Source: Bacteroidales bacterium (GTDB lineage Bacteria > Bacteroidota > Bacteroidia > Bacteroidales > GCA-2748055). Taken from it: 64,000 nt of DNA. Positions 28,813 to 38,270 of this stretch are shown in pieces (position 1 is the stretch's first letter; every line of letters begins with the position of its first letter). The stretch covers positions 497-64,496 of the forward strand of contig JAOZQY010000003.1 in NCBI GenBank assembly GCA_029931975.1, read 5' to 3'. The notes under the pieces are model-generated. The model saw only the letters and a program-made list of their open reading frames with translations. It ran no database searches and was not told where the DNA came from. Both the position numbers and the translations under genes were made by a program.

Positions 28813-31800
28813 ATGAAAAGCATTGCTAGAATAGGGCTCCTGTTATTCCTGATGCTCAGTTCAGCCGGTTTGTCTGCCCAGTTTTATAATGGGATGCAGA
28901 TGAATTTCGGAAAAAACAGAGTACAGTATAATAACCGGTACTGGAAGTTTTATCGTTTCGAAAGATTTGATGTCTACTCTTACGAAAACGGAACCGATCT
29001 TTCATTATATGTGGCCGATTTCGTGGAAAAGGAACTTGCCATTATTGAGCGCTTTTTTGACTATGACATTGAACGTCGACTGATCTTCCTTACCTATAAC
29101 AAACTATCCGATTTCAGGCAGAGTAATATCGGTCTGGTCTCCGAGGCCGAAGAGTATAATATCGGGGGAACCACCAAGATTATTCAAAACAAGGTTTTTC
29201 TCTATTTTGACGGGGACCACATGAACTTCGAACGCCAGATCAGGGCAGCCATTGCGGAGGTTTTGCTTACGGAAATGATGTTTGGGAAAGGACTGAAAGC
29301 AAACATGACCAGCAGCACCATGATCAACCTCCCTGAGTGGTATCTTGAAGGATTAATCTCCTTTGTATCCAATCCATGGGATTACGATATGGAGAACATG
29401 GTTAAGGATGGGATAGTCTCAGGAAAATACAGCAAATTTGTAAATCTTCAGGATGAAGATGCCCGATACGCCGGGCACTCCTTCTGGAAATATGTGGCCG
29501 ATCTCTACGGGGCAGCCATTATTCCACAGATACTCTATATCACAAAAATCAATAAGAGTGCCGAAAGCGGCTTTCTCTATGTTCTGGGCAGTAAGTTAAA
29601 GGAGCTCTCCATCGATTGGACCGCTTACTACCTTGGTTTGTATACTACGCAGGAGGAAACCACAGGGCTACCTGAGCAGGGAGAGATACTGAAGCGTCCA
29701 AATAAAAGGCGGGTCTACCAGAATATCAGGATCAGTCCCGATGGAAACCACGTTGCCTACGTGACAAACCAAAAGGGACAGTATAAGATCTGGATTCACG
29801 ATGAATCTGCCGACAAGCAGAAATGTATCTACAAAAGGGGTCAGAAACTGGACCAGATCAATGACTACTCCTACCCTGAAATCGCCTGGCACCCTTCCTC
29901 AGAGATTCTTGGTTTTGTTAGCGAAGAGAAAGGTCAACTTAAATTCCACGTTTATAACCTGGAAACCAGGGAAATCACTACCAGGAACCTGCTCCAGTTT
30001 GAAAAAATACTGGATTTAAGTTTCTCCCCTGATGCCCGGAAACTGGTGTTTTCGGCCGTAATTGACGGCCAGACCGATATCTGGGTATTTGATATTGCTG
30101 CATCGACCAACGAACGGATCACTAATGACCTGGCCGATGACTTCTACCCAAGATTTATGAACAATATGGACAATATCTCTTTTGTCTCAAATCGCAGAAG
30201 CAGTCAACTCTATCTTGAAAATGATCCTGAAAACAACACGACAACTGCCTTTGCGGTATATGTCTACGATTACGCCGGAAAAAAACAGCAGCTTCAACTT
30301 ATCTCAGAAGGTAATTACATCAATCATACCCAACCCCTTTCGCCACGAAACAATGAATTTTTTTATCTGAGCGATAAAAACGGCATTGTGAACCGATACT
30401 ACGCAAAGTATGACAGTACCATAAGTCTGGTCGACACAACCATCCATTACAGGTATTTCCCCAACAGCTACCCGCTTTCCAATTACAAACGCAATATCCT
30501 TTCCCAGGACATCAATACAGAAACCCAGGAAATTGCGGAAATCGTATACAACGATGGCAGATACCACATGTATAAGTACCCCATCGAATTTGACAGGAAA
30601 TTTGGTGATCATCTGAAATCCACAGAATACCAGAGGAGACATATGCAAAGGTTAACCAATGAAGACTCCATACATCATGTTGAAAAAAAGGTAGTTTCCA
30701 TGAAGGATATTGCCGATAACCGGCTGATATATGAAGGCGATACCATTGCCTTGCAGCAGTTTAAGATCGATATTAATAACTACATCTTTGAACGGGAGAA
30801 GCTGAATTACTACAACAATCAGCTTAGAAACAGAAATCTGAATCTGGTTCTCGACTCCACGGAGAATAAAAGAGCGATGTATATCGATTATTCTACCTCC
30901 TTCTATCCCAATAAACTGGTAAACCAGATCGACTTCAGCTTCCTGAATGCTTCTTATCAGGCCTTTACTGGCGGGGCCTTCTATTTCAACCCTGGACTTA
31001 ACCTGCTGTTTAAAGTGGGAGCCAATGATCTTTTTGAGGATTACCGCCTTGTTGGAGGAGTCAGATTGTCTACAGATTTTGATAGCAATGAATACCTGCT
31101 CAGTTTTGAAAACCTGAAGAAGCAGCTGGATAAACAGTTGATATTTCACCGCCAGGTATTTAAAAATTATATAGATTATTACACGGTTGTTAAGACCTTC
31201 ACCCACGAATTGCTGGGATCTGTGAAATATCCCATAAACCAGACCCTGGCCCTTAAGGGAACAGCCTCTTTCAGGCATGACAACTCAGTATACCTGGCCA
31301 CAAACAACGAGAACTTAAACAGGCCAAACCTCTTAAAAGTATGGGGAGGGCTTAAGGCTGAATTGATCTTTGACAATACCAGGAAGCTGGGGACCAATTT
31401 ATACAGTGGAATGCGCTGGAAGGTATTTGGTGAAGCATACCGCCAGATCAATGCGGCCAAATCTGATCTCTTTGTAGTAGGCGCCGATTTCAGGTCCTAT
31501 ACGCGCATTCACAGAACGCTGATCTGGGCCAACCGGATTGCCGGAAGTGCTTCCTTTGGGCGTAGTCCCTTGATTTATTATCTGGGGAGCGTTGATAACT
31601 GGATCAACCTGAATCAATCGAAGGTCCCGACCTTCAATGAGTCCGTAGCCATCGATTACACCCGGAATTATGCTTACCAGGCCCTCGCAACAAATGTGCG
31701 CGGTTTCTCTCAGAACATCAGGAACGGCAGCAATTTTCTTGTTATAAATACGGAGCTCAGATGGCCCATCTTCCGCTACCTGGCAGGACACCCCCTGGGA

Positions 31801-32088
31801 TCGGGTTTCCTCAATAGCTTCCAGGTTGTGGGCTTTGCCGATGTGGGAACTGCATGGACCGGACTGCATCCCTTCAATGATAACAATGCATGGAATACGG
31901 AGGTCATTGAAAACGGTCCCATGACCATTACCATTGATGCAAACAGGGATCCCATCGTTGCGGGTTATGGATTTGGAGTACGGAGCCAGTTGCTGGGCTA
32001 TTTTATTCGTCTCGACTGGGCCTGGGGAGTGGAAAATATGCAGGTTCAGCCCAGGATGTTCTATCTTTCACTCAGTCTCGATTTTTAA
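28813..32088 (+). CDS. large outer-membrane protein: PD40/TolB-like beta-propeller plus C-terminal Omp85-type barrel
   Basis: 1091-aa ORF. Signal peptide, PD40 repeats (ISPDGNHVAYVTNQKGQYKIWIHD, SFSPDARKLVFSAVIDGQTDIWVFD), VRGF at 31696-31707, GFADVG at 31831-31848, and a terminal ...LSLSLDF. Confidence 0.7.
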   Translation: MKSIARIGLLLFLMLSSAGLSAQFYNGMQMNFGKNRVQYNNRYWKFYRFERFDVYSYENGTDLSLYVADFVEKELAIIERFFDYDIERRLIFLTYNKLSDFRQSNIGLVSEAEEYNIGGTTKIIQNKVFLYFDGDHMNFERQIRAAIAEVLLTEMMFGKGLKANMTSSTMINLPEWYLEGLISFVSNPWDYDMENMVKDGIVSGKYSKFVNLQDEDARYAGHSFWKYVADLYGAAIIPQILYITKINKSAESGFLYVLGSKLKELSIDWTAYYLGLYTTQEETTGLPEQGEILKRPNKRRVYQNIRISPDGNHVAYVTNQKGQYKIWIHDESADKQKCIYKRGQKLDQINDYSYPEIAWHPSSEILGFVSEEKGQLKFHVYNLETREITTRNLLQFEKILDLSFSPDARKLVFSAVIDGQTDIWVFDIAASTNERITNDLADDFYPRFMNNMDNISFVSNRRSSQLYLENDPENNTTTAFAVYVYDYAGKKQQLQLISEGNYINHTQPLSPRNNEFFYLSDKNGIVNRYYAKYDSTISLVDTTIHYRYFPNSYPLSNYKRNILSQDINTETQEIAEIVYNDGRYHMYKYPIEFDRKFGDHLKSTEYQRRHMQRLTNEDSIHHVEKKVVSMKDIADNRLIYEGDTIALQQFKIDINNYIFEREKLNYYNNQLRNRNLNLVLDSTENKRAMYIDYSTSFYPNKLVNQIDFSFLNASYQAFTGGAFYFNPGLNLLFKVGANDLFEDYRLVGGVRLSTDFDSNEYLLSFENLKKQLDKQLIFHRQVFKNYIDYYTVVKTFTHELLGSVKYPINQTLALKGTASFRHDNSVYLATNNENLNRPNLLKVWGGLKAELIFDNTRKLGTNLYSGMRWKVFGEAYRQINAAKSDLFVVGADFRSYTRIHRTLIWANRIAGSASFGRSPLIYYLGSVDNWINLNQSKVPTFNESVAIDYTRNYAYQALATNVRGFSQNIRNGSNFLVINTELRWPIFRYLAGHPLGSGFLNSFQVVGFADVGTAWTGLHPFNDNNAWNTEVIENGPMTITIDANRDPIVAGYGFGVRSQLLGYFIRLDWAWGVENMQVQPRMFYLSLSLDF

Positions 32089-32106
32089 AATGTTCCCCCT
32101 TCCCGC

Positions 32107-33312
32107 ATGAACCTGGAGCAACAAATATCGGATATCGTAAACGATCAACTTCTTAAGGAGATCAGAGCCACCAGGCGATGGCTTCATCAAAACCCGGAGC
32201 TCTCATTCCAGGAGTTTAATACCTCTCAAACCATCCGTAGGCTTCTCGATCAGTGGGGAGTGGAATATTTCTTTCCCTTTGTAAAGACAGGGATCTTAGC
32301 CCGGATCGTGGGAGATCGTCCGGGAAAACGTATCGCTCTGCGCTCAGATATGGATGCCCTGCCCATTCAGGAGCAGACCGGGTTGGCATTTGCTTCAAAT
32401 AAAACTGGCGTGATGCACGCCTGTGGCCATGACATGCACATGGCCTCCCTGCTGGGAACCATTCATGTATTAAATCAAATGAAACATGAAATTGAAGGAG
32501 AGATCCTGTGTTTATTTCAACCCGGTGAAGAAATGCTCCCTGGTGGAGCAAAGCTGATGCTGGAGGAGGGGGTCTTTGCTGAGCTACCACCGGACCTGAT
32601 CCTTGCCCAGCACGTTCTCCCAGAGATGGAAGCGGGGCATGTGGGTTTCAGACCTGGTATCTATATGGCATCAGGAGATGAGATCTATATTACAGTAAAA
32701 GGAAAAGGCGGGCACGCAGCACTGCGGCAACATCTTAAAGATCCCATATTGATGGCCTCAAAAATCCTCCTCTCCCTGCAGGAGGAAGTCACCGAAAAAG
32801 CACCCTCTTCCATTCCAACAGTGCTCTCCTTTGGTAAAGTACTTGCCAATGGCGCTGTCAATGTAATTCCCAATGAAGTGATTCTGGAAGGCACCTTCCG
32901 GACCATGAATGAGGAGTGGAGAAAAGAGGTACATAAGCTTATTCAAAAGCTTGCGTCGGACATCTCATCGGGCATGGGTGGCTCCGCTGAGGTTGAGATC
33001 AGACATGGATACCCGGTACTACATAACCATGAACAGTTAAGCCGGGAATCCAAAAGACTGGCTGTGAAACTACTTGGATTGGCGAATGTGGAAGGGATGG
33101 ACATCAGGATGACTACCGAAGATTTTGCATGGTATACCCAGTCAATACCCGGGATGATGTATCGCCTGGGGGTCAGGAAACCCGGATCAAACGAGATCCT
33201 GCCTCTGCATACTTCACGATTTCTGGCAGATGAATCTGCCCTGAAAACAGGAATCTCTCTGATGGCCTTCCTGGCCATAGAATTACCTAAAATAGCTATG
33301 TTGAAAAAATAA
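32107..33312 (+). CDS. M20 family amidohydrolase (N-acyl-L-amino acid amidohydrolase type)
   Basis: 401-aa ORF with RRWLHQNPELSFQE, metal-site HACGHDMH, and FQPGEE. Confidence 0.85.
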   Translation: MNLEQQISDIVNDQLLKEIRATRRWLHQNPELSFQEFNTSQTIRRLLDQWGVEYFFPFVKTGILARIVGDRPGKRIALRSDMDALPIQEQTGLAFASNKTGVMHACGHDMHMASLLGTIHVLNQMKHEIEGEILCLFQPGEEMLPGGAKLMLEEGVFAELPPDLILAQHVLPEMEAGHVGFRPGIYMASGDEIYITVKGKGGHAALRQHLKDPILMASKILLSLQEEVTEKAPSSIPTVLSFGKVLANGAVNVIPNEVILEGTFRTMNEEWRKEVHKLIQKLASDISSGMGGSAEVEIRHGYPVLHNHEQLSRESKRLAVKLLGLANVEGMDIRMTTEDFAWYTQSIPGMMYRLGVRKPGSNEILPLHTSRFLADESALKTGISLMAFLAIELPKIAMLKK

Positions 33313-33384
33313 AAACCTGACAAGGATTGCTTAATAAAAAATAGACGCTAAATTTGCGCTTTAAGAATTTCAAAATTAGATACA

Positions 33385-33552
33385 ATGGCTTACGTAATTT
33401 CAGATGATTGTACTGCATGCGGTACTTGTATTGATGAGTGTCCGGTGGAGGCTATCAGCGAAGGAGACATTTATAAGATCGACCCCGAACTGTGTACCGA
33501 CTGTGGCGCCTGTGCCGATGTTTGTCCCGTTGAAGCAATCAGCCCTGAGTAG
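33385..33552 (+). CDS. 2x[4Fe-4S] ferredoxin (55 aa, below the ORF-track cutoff)
   Basis: Translation by eye: MAYVISDDCTACGTCIDECPVEAISEGDIYKIDPELCTDCGACADVCPVEAISPE*. Two CxxCxxCxxxCP clusters. Followed by an intrinsic terminator. Confidence 0.9.
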   Translation: MAYVISDDCTACGTCIDECPVEAISEGDIYKIDPELCTDCGACADVCPVEAISPE

Positions 33553-33578
33553 GGCCGGGAAACAAGAATTTGAAAAAA

Positions 33579-33607
33579 AGCTGCCTCAAAGGGCGGCTTT
33601 TTTTTTT
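33579..33607 (+). terminator. rho-independent terminator after the ferredoxin gene
   Basis: AGCTGCC (33579-33585) pairs with GGCGGCT (33592-33598, one G.U), with a 6-nt loop. An A-tract precedes it and a 10-nt T-run follows. Confidence 0.75.
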
Positions 33608-33623
33608 ATAACTTTGAACTGAA

Positions 33624-34430
33624 GTGAAACTGAGGAATAAAATATTTATCATCATTTTTGGCACCGATACGCGGGCAGGAAAAAATTTTGATGTGGTCCT
33701 GCTCTGGGCGATCATTCTCAGTGTTGCCATTGTGATACTGGAAAGTGTCTCGACTCTGCAGGAGGCACACCACAAGTTTTTCATAAGCACCGAGTGGTTC
33801 TTCACCATCATCTTTTCCCTGGAATACCTGCTCAGGATATATTCTTCCCCCAAACCATGGAAGTACATGACCAGTTTCTTTGGGATTGTGGACCTGCTGG
33901 CCATTCTTCCAAGCTACATGGGTTTAGTCTTTGATCAGACCACCTTCCTGCTCACCATTCGTGCTCTCAGGTTGCTCAGGATGTTCAGAGTATTTAAACT
34001 GGGAAGATATATCAGGGAGGCAGCAGTACTGGTGCGTGCCCTGCAGCTTAGTATTCGTAAGATCGTCGTCTTTTTTGGAGCTGTTCTGACCCTTGTTCTG
34101 ATCCTGGGCTCACTGCTATACCTGATTGAAGGCGAAGAGAATGGATTCACTTCCATTCCGCAAAGCATCTACTGGGCCATAGTAACAATTACCACGGTGG
34201 GCTACGGGGACATTGCCCCGGCAACAATTCTGGGAAAAATCCTGGCCTCCGTGGCCATGCTCACCGGATACTCCATTATTGCGGTCCCCACAGGGATAAT
34301 AACCATTGAGATGGGAAAAGCAATAAAATCCGAACAAAAGAGGCCGAATAAGGTCTCCTGTCCCCATTGTGGGCATGAAAATCATGACCCGGACGCCCTT
34401 TTCTGCAAGATATGCGGGACCAAGCTTTAG
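33624..34430 (+). CDS. voltage-gated-type K+ channel (ion transport protein) with C-terminal zinc ribbon
   Basis: 268-aa ORF with a GTG start. S4-like RALRLLRMFRVFKLGR, selectivity filter TTVGYGD (nt 34191-34211), and C-terminal CPHCG-x11-CKICG (nt 34359-34418). Confidence 0.85.
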   Translation: MKLRNKIFIIIFGTDTRAGKNFDVVLLWAIILSVAIVILESVSTLQEAHHKFFISTEWFFTIIFSLEYLLRIYSSPKPWKYMTSFFGIVDLLAILPSYMGLVFDQTTFLLTIRALRLLRMFRVFKLGRYIREAAVLVRALQLSIRKIVVFFGAVLTLVLILGSLLYLIEGEENGFTSIPQSIYWAIVTITTVGYGDIAPATILGKILASVAMLTGYSIIAVPTGIITIEMGKAIKSEQKRPNKVSCPHCGHENHDPDALFCKICGTKL

Positions 34431-34489
34431 CATGTATGACCGGTACAGGGGAATTCGGACTGGGAATCATCCTGAATCTTTAGCTTTAG

Positions 34490-34521
34490 GTGACCGTTCA
34501 ATAGGCCGGTCACTTCTTTTT
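34490..34521 (+). terminator. rho-independent terminator after the K+ channel gene
   Basis: GTGACCG (34490-34496) pairs with CGGTCAC (34507-34513), followed by TTCTTTTT. Confidence 0.7.
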
Positions 34522-34613
34522 ATAAACTGTTAAACTTTCACCCCATGTATATTGTCAACCTAACTAAAACCTAAACAGGTTCAGCTGAGCCCTCCGCTTT
34601 GCTGCCCTTCCAG

Positions 34614-34769
34614 ATGCCAGCTTCCATGCAAACCGTGGAAGAGCAGCTCGAGGATATTCCCCGCGATATGGAGTGCTACACCGACGCTGATGGCAATGTT
34701 TATGACTTCGCCTTTGGTCTGAACTGGAGTGGTGTCATCAAGGACGAACGGGTAAGAAAATACAAGTAA
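34614..34769 (+). CDS. possible orphan 51-aa ORF or C-terminal gene remnant
   Basis: MPASMQTVEEQLEDIPRDMECYTDADGNVYDFAFGLNWSGVIKDERVRKYK*. The frame is open upstream only to a stop at 34572-34574. Visibly more GC-rich than its flanks. No family recognised. Confidence 0.2.
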   Translation: MPASMQTVEEQLEDIPRDMECYTDADGNVYDFAFGLNWSGVIKDERVRKYK

Positions 34770-34814
34770 GGAAAAGCTACAAAAACCATCCCTGACTAAT
34801 TAAGTTTTGACTTT

Positions 34815-35831
34815 TTAGGGATTATAACTTGAGAGTCTGAGCAGTTCCTGGTAATTGCGCTGAGACATAACCTGGTGGACGGACAGTTTTGGGTTGCGGC
34901 TTGCATAGGCTCCTACAATCTGCCAGCCCTGCCAGACAGCTGCCCTGCCCGGTGATTCAGAGGTATAGAACCGTGTATGGGGAGCATCCTCAACCAGTTT
35001 GCGAATGTTCATAGGATCGGAGGAGAAGAGGAGTTTTTCTTCAACCAGGTGGGTCCACATTTGCTCTTCATTGTTCCTGCACCAGCGCATCTGTTCTTCA
35101 GTGAAACCCATGATCAGCTGCTCTTCAAAGTCGGGAAACATGGCACCCACAAACCAGGTCAGCTGACCATGGTAAATCATTCTGGAAAGCACATTGTCGG
35201 CTGAATCGTTATAGGGATATAGTTGTGTGGCCCAGGCATACATCACATCCAGAGGAACCTGTTCCGGTACTTTTTTCCGGACCAGATAGGATGGTATCCC
35301 CATCTGATGGTAATACTTACATTCACTGCCCAGGTACTGATCAAGTCCCACACCCACAAAACTACCCACAGTAAAAAGGCCCTGGTTGAATCTGCTCACA
35401 TAAGCCACCACCCTGGGTGGAAGAGAATCGGGATAGTGATAGAGGTAGTGCCTGAATCCATTGGTGAGCTCCTCTTCAATGGCAGTAGCGGATGCAAATA
35501 CTTCATTGGTATATTCAAACACCTCCCGGTTGATAGGATCATTGATAAACATGGAAAGATAGGATGAATACCTACGGGAAGATGCCTGGCCAATGCTAAT
35601 CACATGTACATTGAACACATCAAAGAAATCCCCATATTCCTCGTACAAGGTCCCGATGGCGGCATTCATCGTATCCTGGTCCATCATAAACAGGTCCCTG
35701 TCAAATCGTTCCAGCTTTATGTTTGCCTGTACTCCTGACACATCCACATCCAGCGGCTTGCTGTTGCATGCCGCAAGCACGAAGACCATAGGGAATAGAA
35801 AAATCATTGTCACTTGAACAGGTCTCATCAT
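34815..35831 (-). CDS. gldB: gliding motility lipoprotein GldB
   Basis: Lipoprotein signal MMRPVQVTMIFLFPMVFVLAACNSK. KLERFDRDLF, GFTEEQMRWCRNNEEQMW and ESPGRAAVWQGWQIV resemble the GldB family as I recall it. The track ORF extension to 35927 overlaps the divergent gene and both promoter boxes. Confidence 0.7.
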   Translation of the reverse strand: MMRPVQVTMIFLFPMVFVLAACNSKPLDVDVSGVQANIKLERFDRDLFMMDQDTMNAAIGTLYEEYGDFFDVFNVHVISIGQASSRRYSSYLSMFINDPINREVFEYTNEVFASATAIEEELTNGFRHYLYHYPDSLPPRVVAYVSRFNQGLFTVGSFVGVGLDQYLGSECKYYHQMGIPSYLVRKKVPEQVPLDVMYAWATQLYPYNDSADNVLSRMIYHGQLTWFVGAMFPDFEEQLIMGFTEEQMRWCRNNEEQMWTHLVEEKLLFSSDPMNIRKLVEDAPHTRFYTSESPGRAAVWQGWQIVGAYASRNPKLSVHQVMSQRNYQELLRLSSYNP

Positions 35832-35837
35832 AATCAC

Positions 35838-35845
35838 TAAATTTG
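35838..35845 (+). promoter_or_regulatory. putative -7 promoter box TAAATTTG for the porin-family gene
   Basis: Exact TAnnTTTG match, 32 nt upstream of the ATG at 35878. Confidence 0.4.
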
Positions 35846-35863
35846 AACATTCAATTGCAAAAA

Positions 35864-35871
35864 CAAAAGTA
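35864..35871 (-). promoter_or_regulatory. putative -7 promoter box TACTTTTG (minus strand) for gldB
   Basis: The plus strand reads CAAAAGTA. Lies 32 nt upstream of the minus-strand ATG at 35831, back to back with the plus-strand box. Confidence 0.4.
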
Positions 35872-35877
35872 TAAAAT

Positions 35878-36537
35878 ATGAAACGATTACTGATTATATT
35901 CATAATTCTGAGTGCAGCGATCTTCATTCATGCCCAAACATCACCCATAAAGTTCAGTGTCCATGTGAACCCTCAATTTGCCTGGCTCAACTCAGATGAG
36001 GAGGTCGTGGAACCTGACGGGTCGATTTTCCATATGCAGACGGGACTGAATATGGACTATTTTTTCGCCGAGAATTACGCTTTTTCAATGGGTCTGGGAA
36101 TCAATAACCTTGGAGGAAACCTGCTATATGCCGATTCTACAGAATTCAGCTCCAAAGGAGAGATCCTTCTGGTTGAACCAGGACAATCCGTAAAAATGAA
36201 TCTGCAATACATCGATATTCCGATCGGTCTTAAACTGAAGACAGAGGAGCTTGGATATGCAACTTTCTTTTTGCAGCTTGGATTCAATCCAATGATCAAT
36301 CTCAATGCCAGAGCCACCTCTGAAGATGCAGGATTTGATAAGAAGGATGTACGTGAGAGCATTCATCTTTTCAATCTCGGTTACCATGCAGGAGCCGGAG
36401 TGGAATACAAACTTGGGGGAAGTACAGCTATCATAGGAGGGATCCGGTGGTCTTCAGGGCTCATTGATGTAACAGATAATGACAGAGCCAATGTGAAAAC
36501 GGATGTCATCTCAATTCACCTTGGAATCCTCTTCTGA
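35878..36537 (+). CDS. PorT/OMP_b-brl_2-type outer-membrane beta-barrel (porin family) protein
   Basis: 219-aa ORF. Signal peptide ending IHAQ, alternating beta-strand pattern, YIDIPIGLKLK motif, and a terminal ...HLGILF. Confidence 0.75.
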   Translation: MKRLLIIFIILSAAIFIHAQTSPIKFSVHVNPQFAWLNSDEEVVEPDGSIFHMQTGLNMDYFFAENYAFSMGLGINNLGGNLLYADSTEFSSKGEILLVEPGQSVKMNLQYIDIPIGLKLKTEELGYATFFLQLGFNPMINLNARATSEDAGFDKKDVRESIHLFNLGYHAGAGVEYKLGGSTAIIGGIRWSSGLIDVTDNDRANVKTDVISIHLGILF

Positions 36538-36543
36538 TCTGCC

Positions 36544-38199
36544 ATGAAAATTGCTCTTGCTCAACAGAATTATATTATCGGTGATTTTGATGGAAACCTG
36601 TCAAAAATCGCCTCAGCAGTATCTGATGCCACTGCATCGGGTGCTGAGCTGGTAATTTTTTCTGAACTCTCCATCTGTGGATATCCACCCCTGGACCTCC
36701 TGGAGAGGAGGGAGTTCATTGAAACCTGTATTTTATATACTGAGAAACTGACCTCCATGGTGGATCCGGGTACCGGGGTACTGGTGGGGAGCCCTGAATT
36801 CAATCCGAACAAGGATGGGAAAATGCTCTTCAACTCAGCTTTTTTCCTTTATGAAGGGAAGGTTCAGCAGGTATTTCGAAAAACATTGCTTCCCACCTAT
36901 GATATTTTCGATGAATACAGGTACTTTGAACCCAATCGCGAATTCAATATCCTGCACTTCAAAGGCAAGAAGCTGGCAGTGACTATCTGTGAGGATCTCT
37001 GGGACGAGCAACCATTCGAAAATGATTTTTCCCGGAGCAGACTCTATACCACCAATCCCCTGAAAGAGCTGATGGCCTTCGACCCCGATCTGATCATCAA
37101 CATTGCTGCATCGCCATTTGCACACAGGAAAATGGAAATAAAGCAATCCATCTTCAAAGACAAGGCAGCCAAACACAAATTACCGGTGCTTTATTGCAAC
37201 CAGGTAGGAGCACATACAGAATTGATATTCGAAGGCGGTTCCATGGCTATTCACTCATCAGGCCAAATAGCAAATAAGCTTCCCTTCTTTAGTGAGGGTA
37301 TACTGATTACTGATCTGGACGAACTGGTCGATTCTGTTCCCGACTCCGTGGAGGAAATTCCCGACCGCATCGGATGCATGGCAGAAGCATTGATTTGTGG
37401 TATCAGGGATTATTTCGGGAAAATGAATTTCCTTACAGCCACTCTGGGCCTCTCAGGGGGGGTCGACTCAGCAGTAACCCTGGCCCTGGCTGCAGAGGCA
37501 CTTGGACCTGAGAACCTTCATGTGCTCTTACTTCCCTCCCAGTATTCCTCAGATCACAGTGTGAACGATTCGGTACAGATGGCCGAAAACCTGAGAATAA
37601 AATATAACATCCTCCCCATTGAAAAACTGTTTAACAGTTTTCGGGAGACACTATTTCCGCTTTTTGAGAATCTTCCAGAGGATATTACAGAAGAAAATAT
37701 ACAGGCCCGTATCCGGGGAACACTTCTGATGGCACTCTCCAATAAATTCGGAAATATTCTTCTGAATACCAGTAATAAAAGTGAAGCTGCAGTTGGATAT
37801 GGAACCCTATACGGAGATATGAGTGGCGGACTCTCCATACTTGGTGATGTTTATAAGACCGATGTTTACCTCCTGGCACATTACCTGAACAAGGAAAAAG
37901 AGGTAATTCCTGAAAACATCATTGACAAAGCTCCTTCAGCTGAACTGAGACCGGACCAGAAAGACAGTGATTCACTTCCTCTCTATGAGGAGCTGGATCT
38001 GATCCTGGAGGCCTATATAGAGAAACAACTCCCGCTGGAGAAACTTGTGGAGATGGGGTATGATTTTCAGCTAGTTAGTAAAATAATAAGGATGGTTAAC
38101 CAGAACGAATATAAACGCTATCAGACCCCCCCGATACTGAGAATATCGTCCAAAGCATTTGGAGTTGGCAGGCGTTTGCCACTGGTAGCCAGATATTAA
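36544..38199 (+). CDS. nadE: glutamine-dependent NAD+ synthetase
   Basis: 551-aa ORF. N-terminal CN-hydrolase domain (KIALAQQN..., ICEDLW) and a C-terminal PP-loop GLSGGVDSAV. Confidence 0.93.
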   Translation: MKIALAQQNYIIGDFDGNLSKIASAVSDATASGAELVIFSELSICGYPPLDLLERREFIETCILYTEKLTSMVDPGTGVLVGSPEFNPNKDGKMLFNSAFFLYEGKVQQVFRKTLLPTYDIFDEYRYFEPNREFNILHFKGKKLAVTICEDLWDEQPFENDFSRSRLYTTNPLKELMAFDPDLIINIAASPFAHRKMEIKQSIFKDKAAKHKLPVLYCNQVGAHTELIFEGGSMAIHSSGQIANKLPFFSEGILITDLDELVDSVPDSVEEIPDRIGCMAEALICGIRDYFGKMNFLTATLGLSGGVDSAVTLALAAEALGPENLHVLLLPSQYSSDHSVNDSVQMAENLRIKYNILPIEKLFNSFRETLFPLFENLPEDITEENIQARIRGTLLMALSNKFGNILLNTSNKSEAAVGYGTLYGDMSGGLSILGDVYKTDVYLLAHYLNKEKEVIPENIIDKAPSAELRPDQKDSDSLPLYEELDLILEAYIEKQLPLEKLVEMGYDFQLVSKIIRMVNQNEYKRYQTPPILRISSKAFGVGRRLPLVARY

Positions 38200-38220
38200 T
38201 GTGAAATCGATTATTTTTTC

Positions 38221-38228
38221 TAATTTTG
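38221..38228 (+). promoter_or_regulatory. putative -7 promoter box TAATTTTG for the Crp/Fnr-family gene
   Basis: Exact TAnnTTTG match, 42 nt upstream of the ATG at 38271. Confidence 0.4.
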
Positions 38229-38270
38229 TCTGTTATTCAACCTCATTAAGACCAAAATCAGAAGATTACA

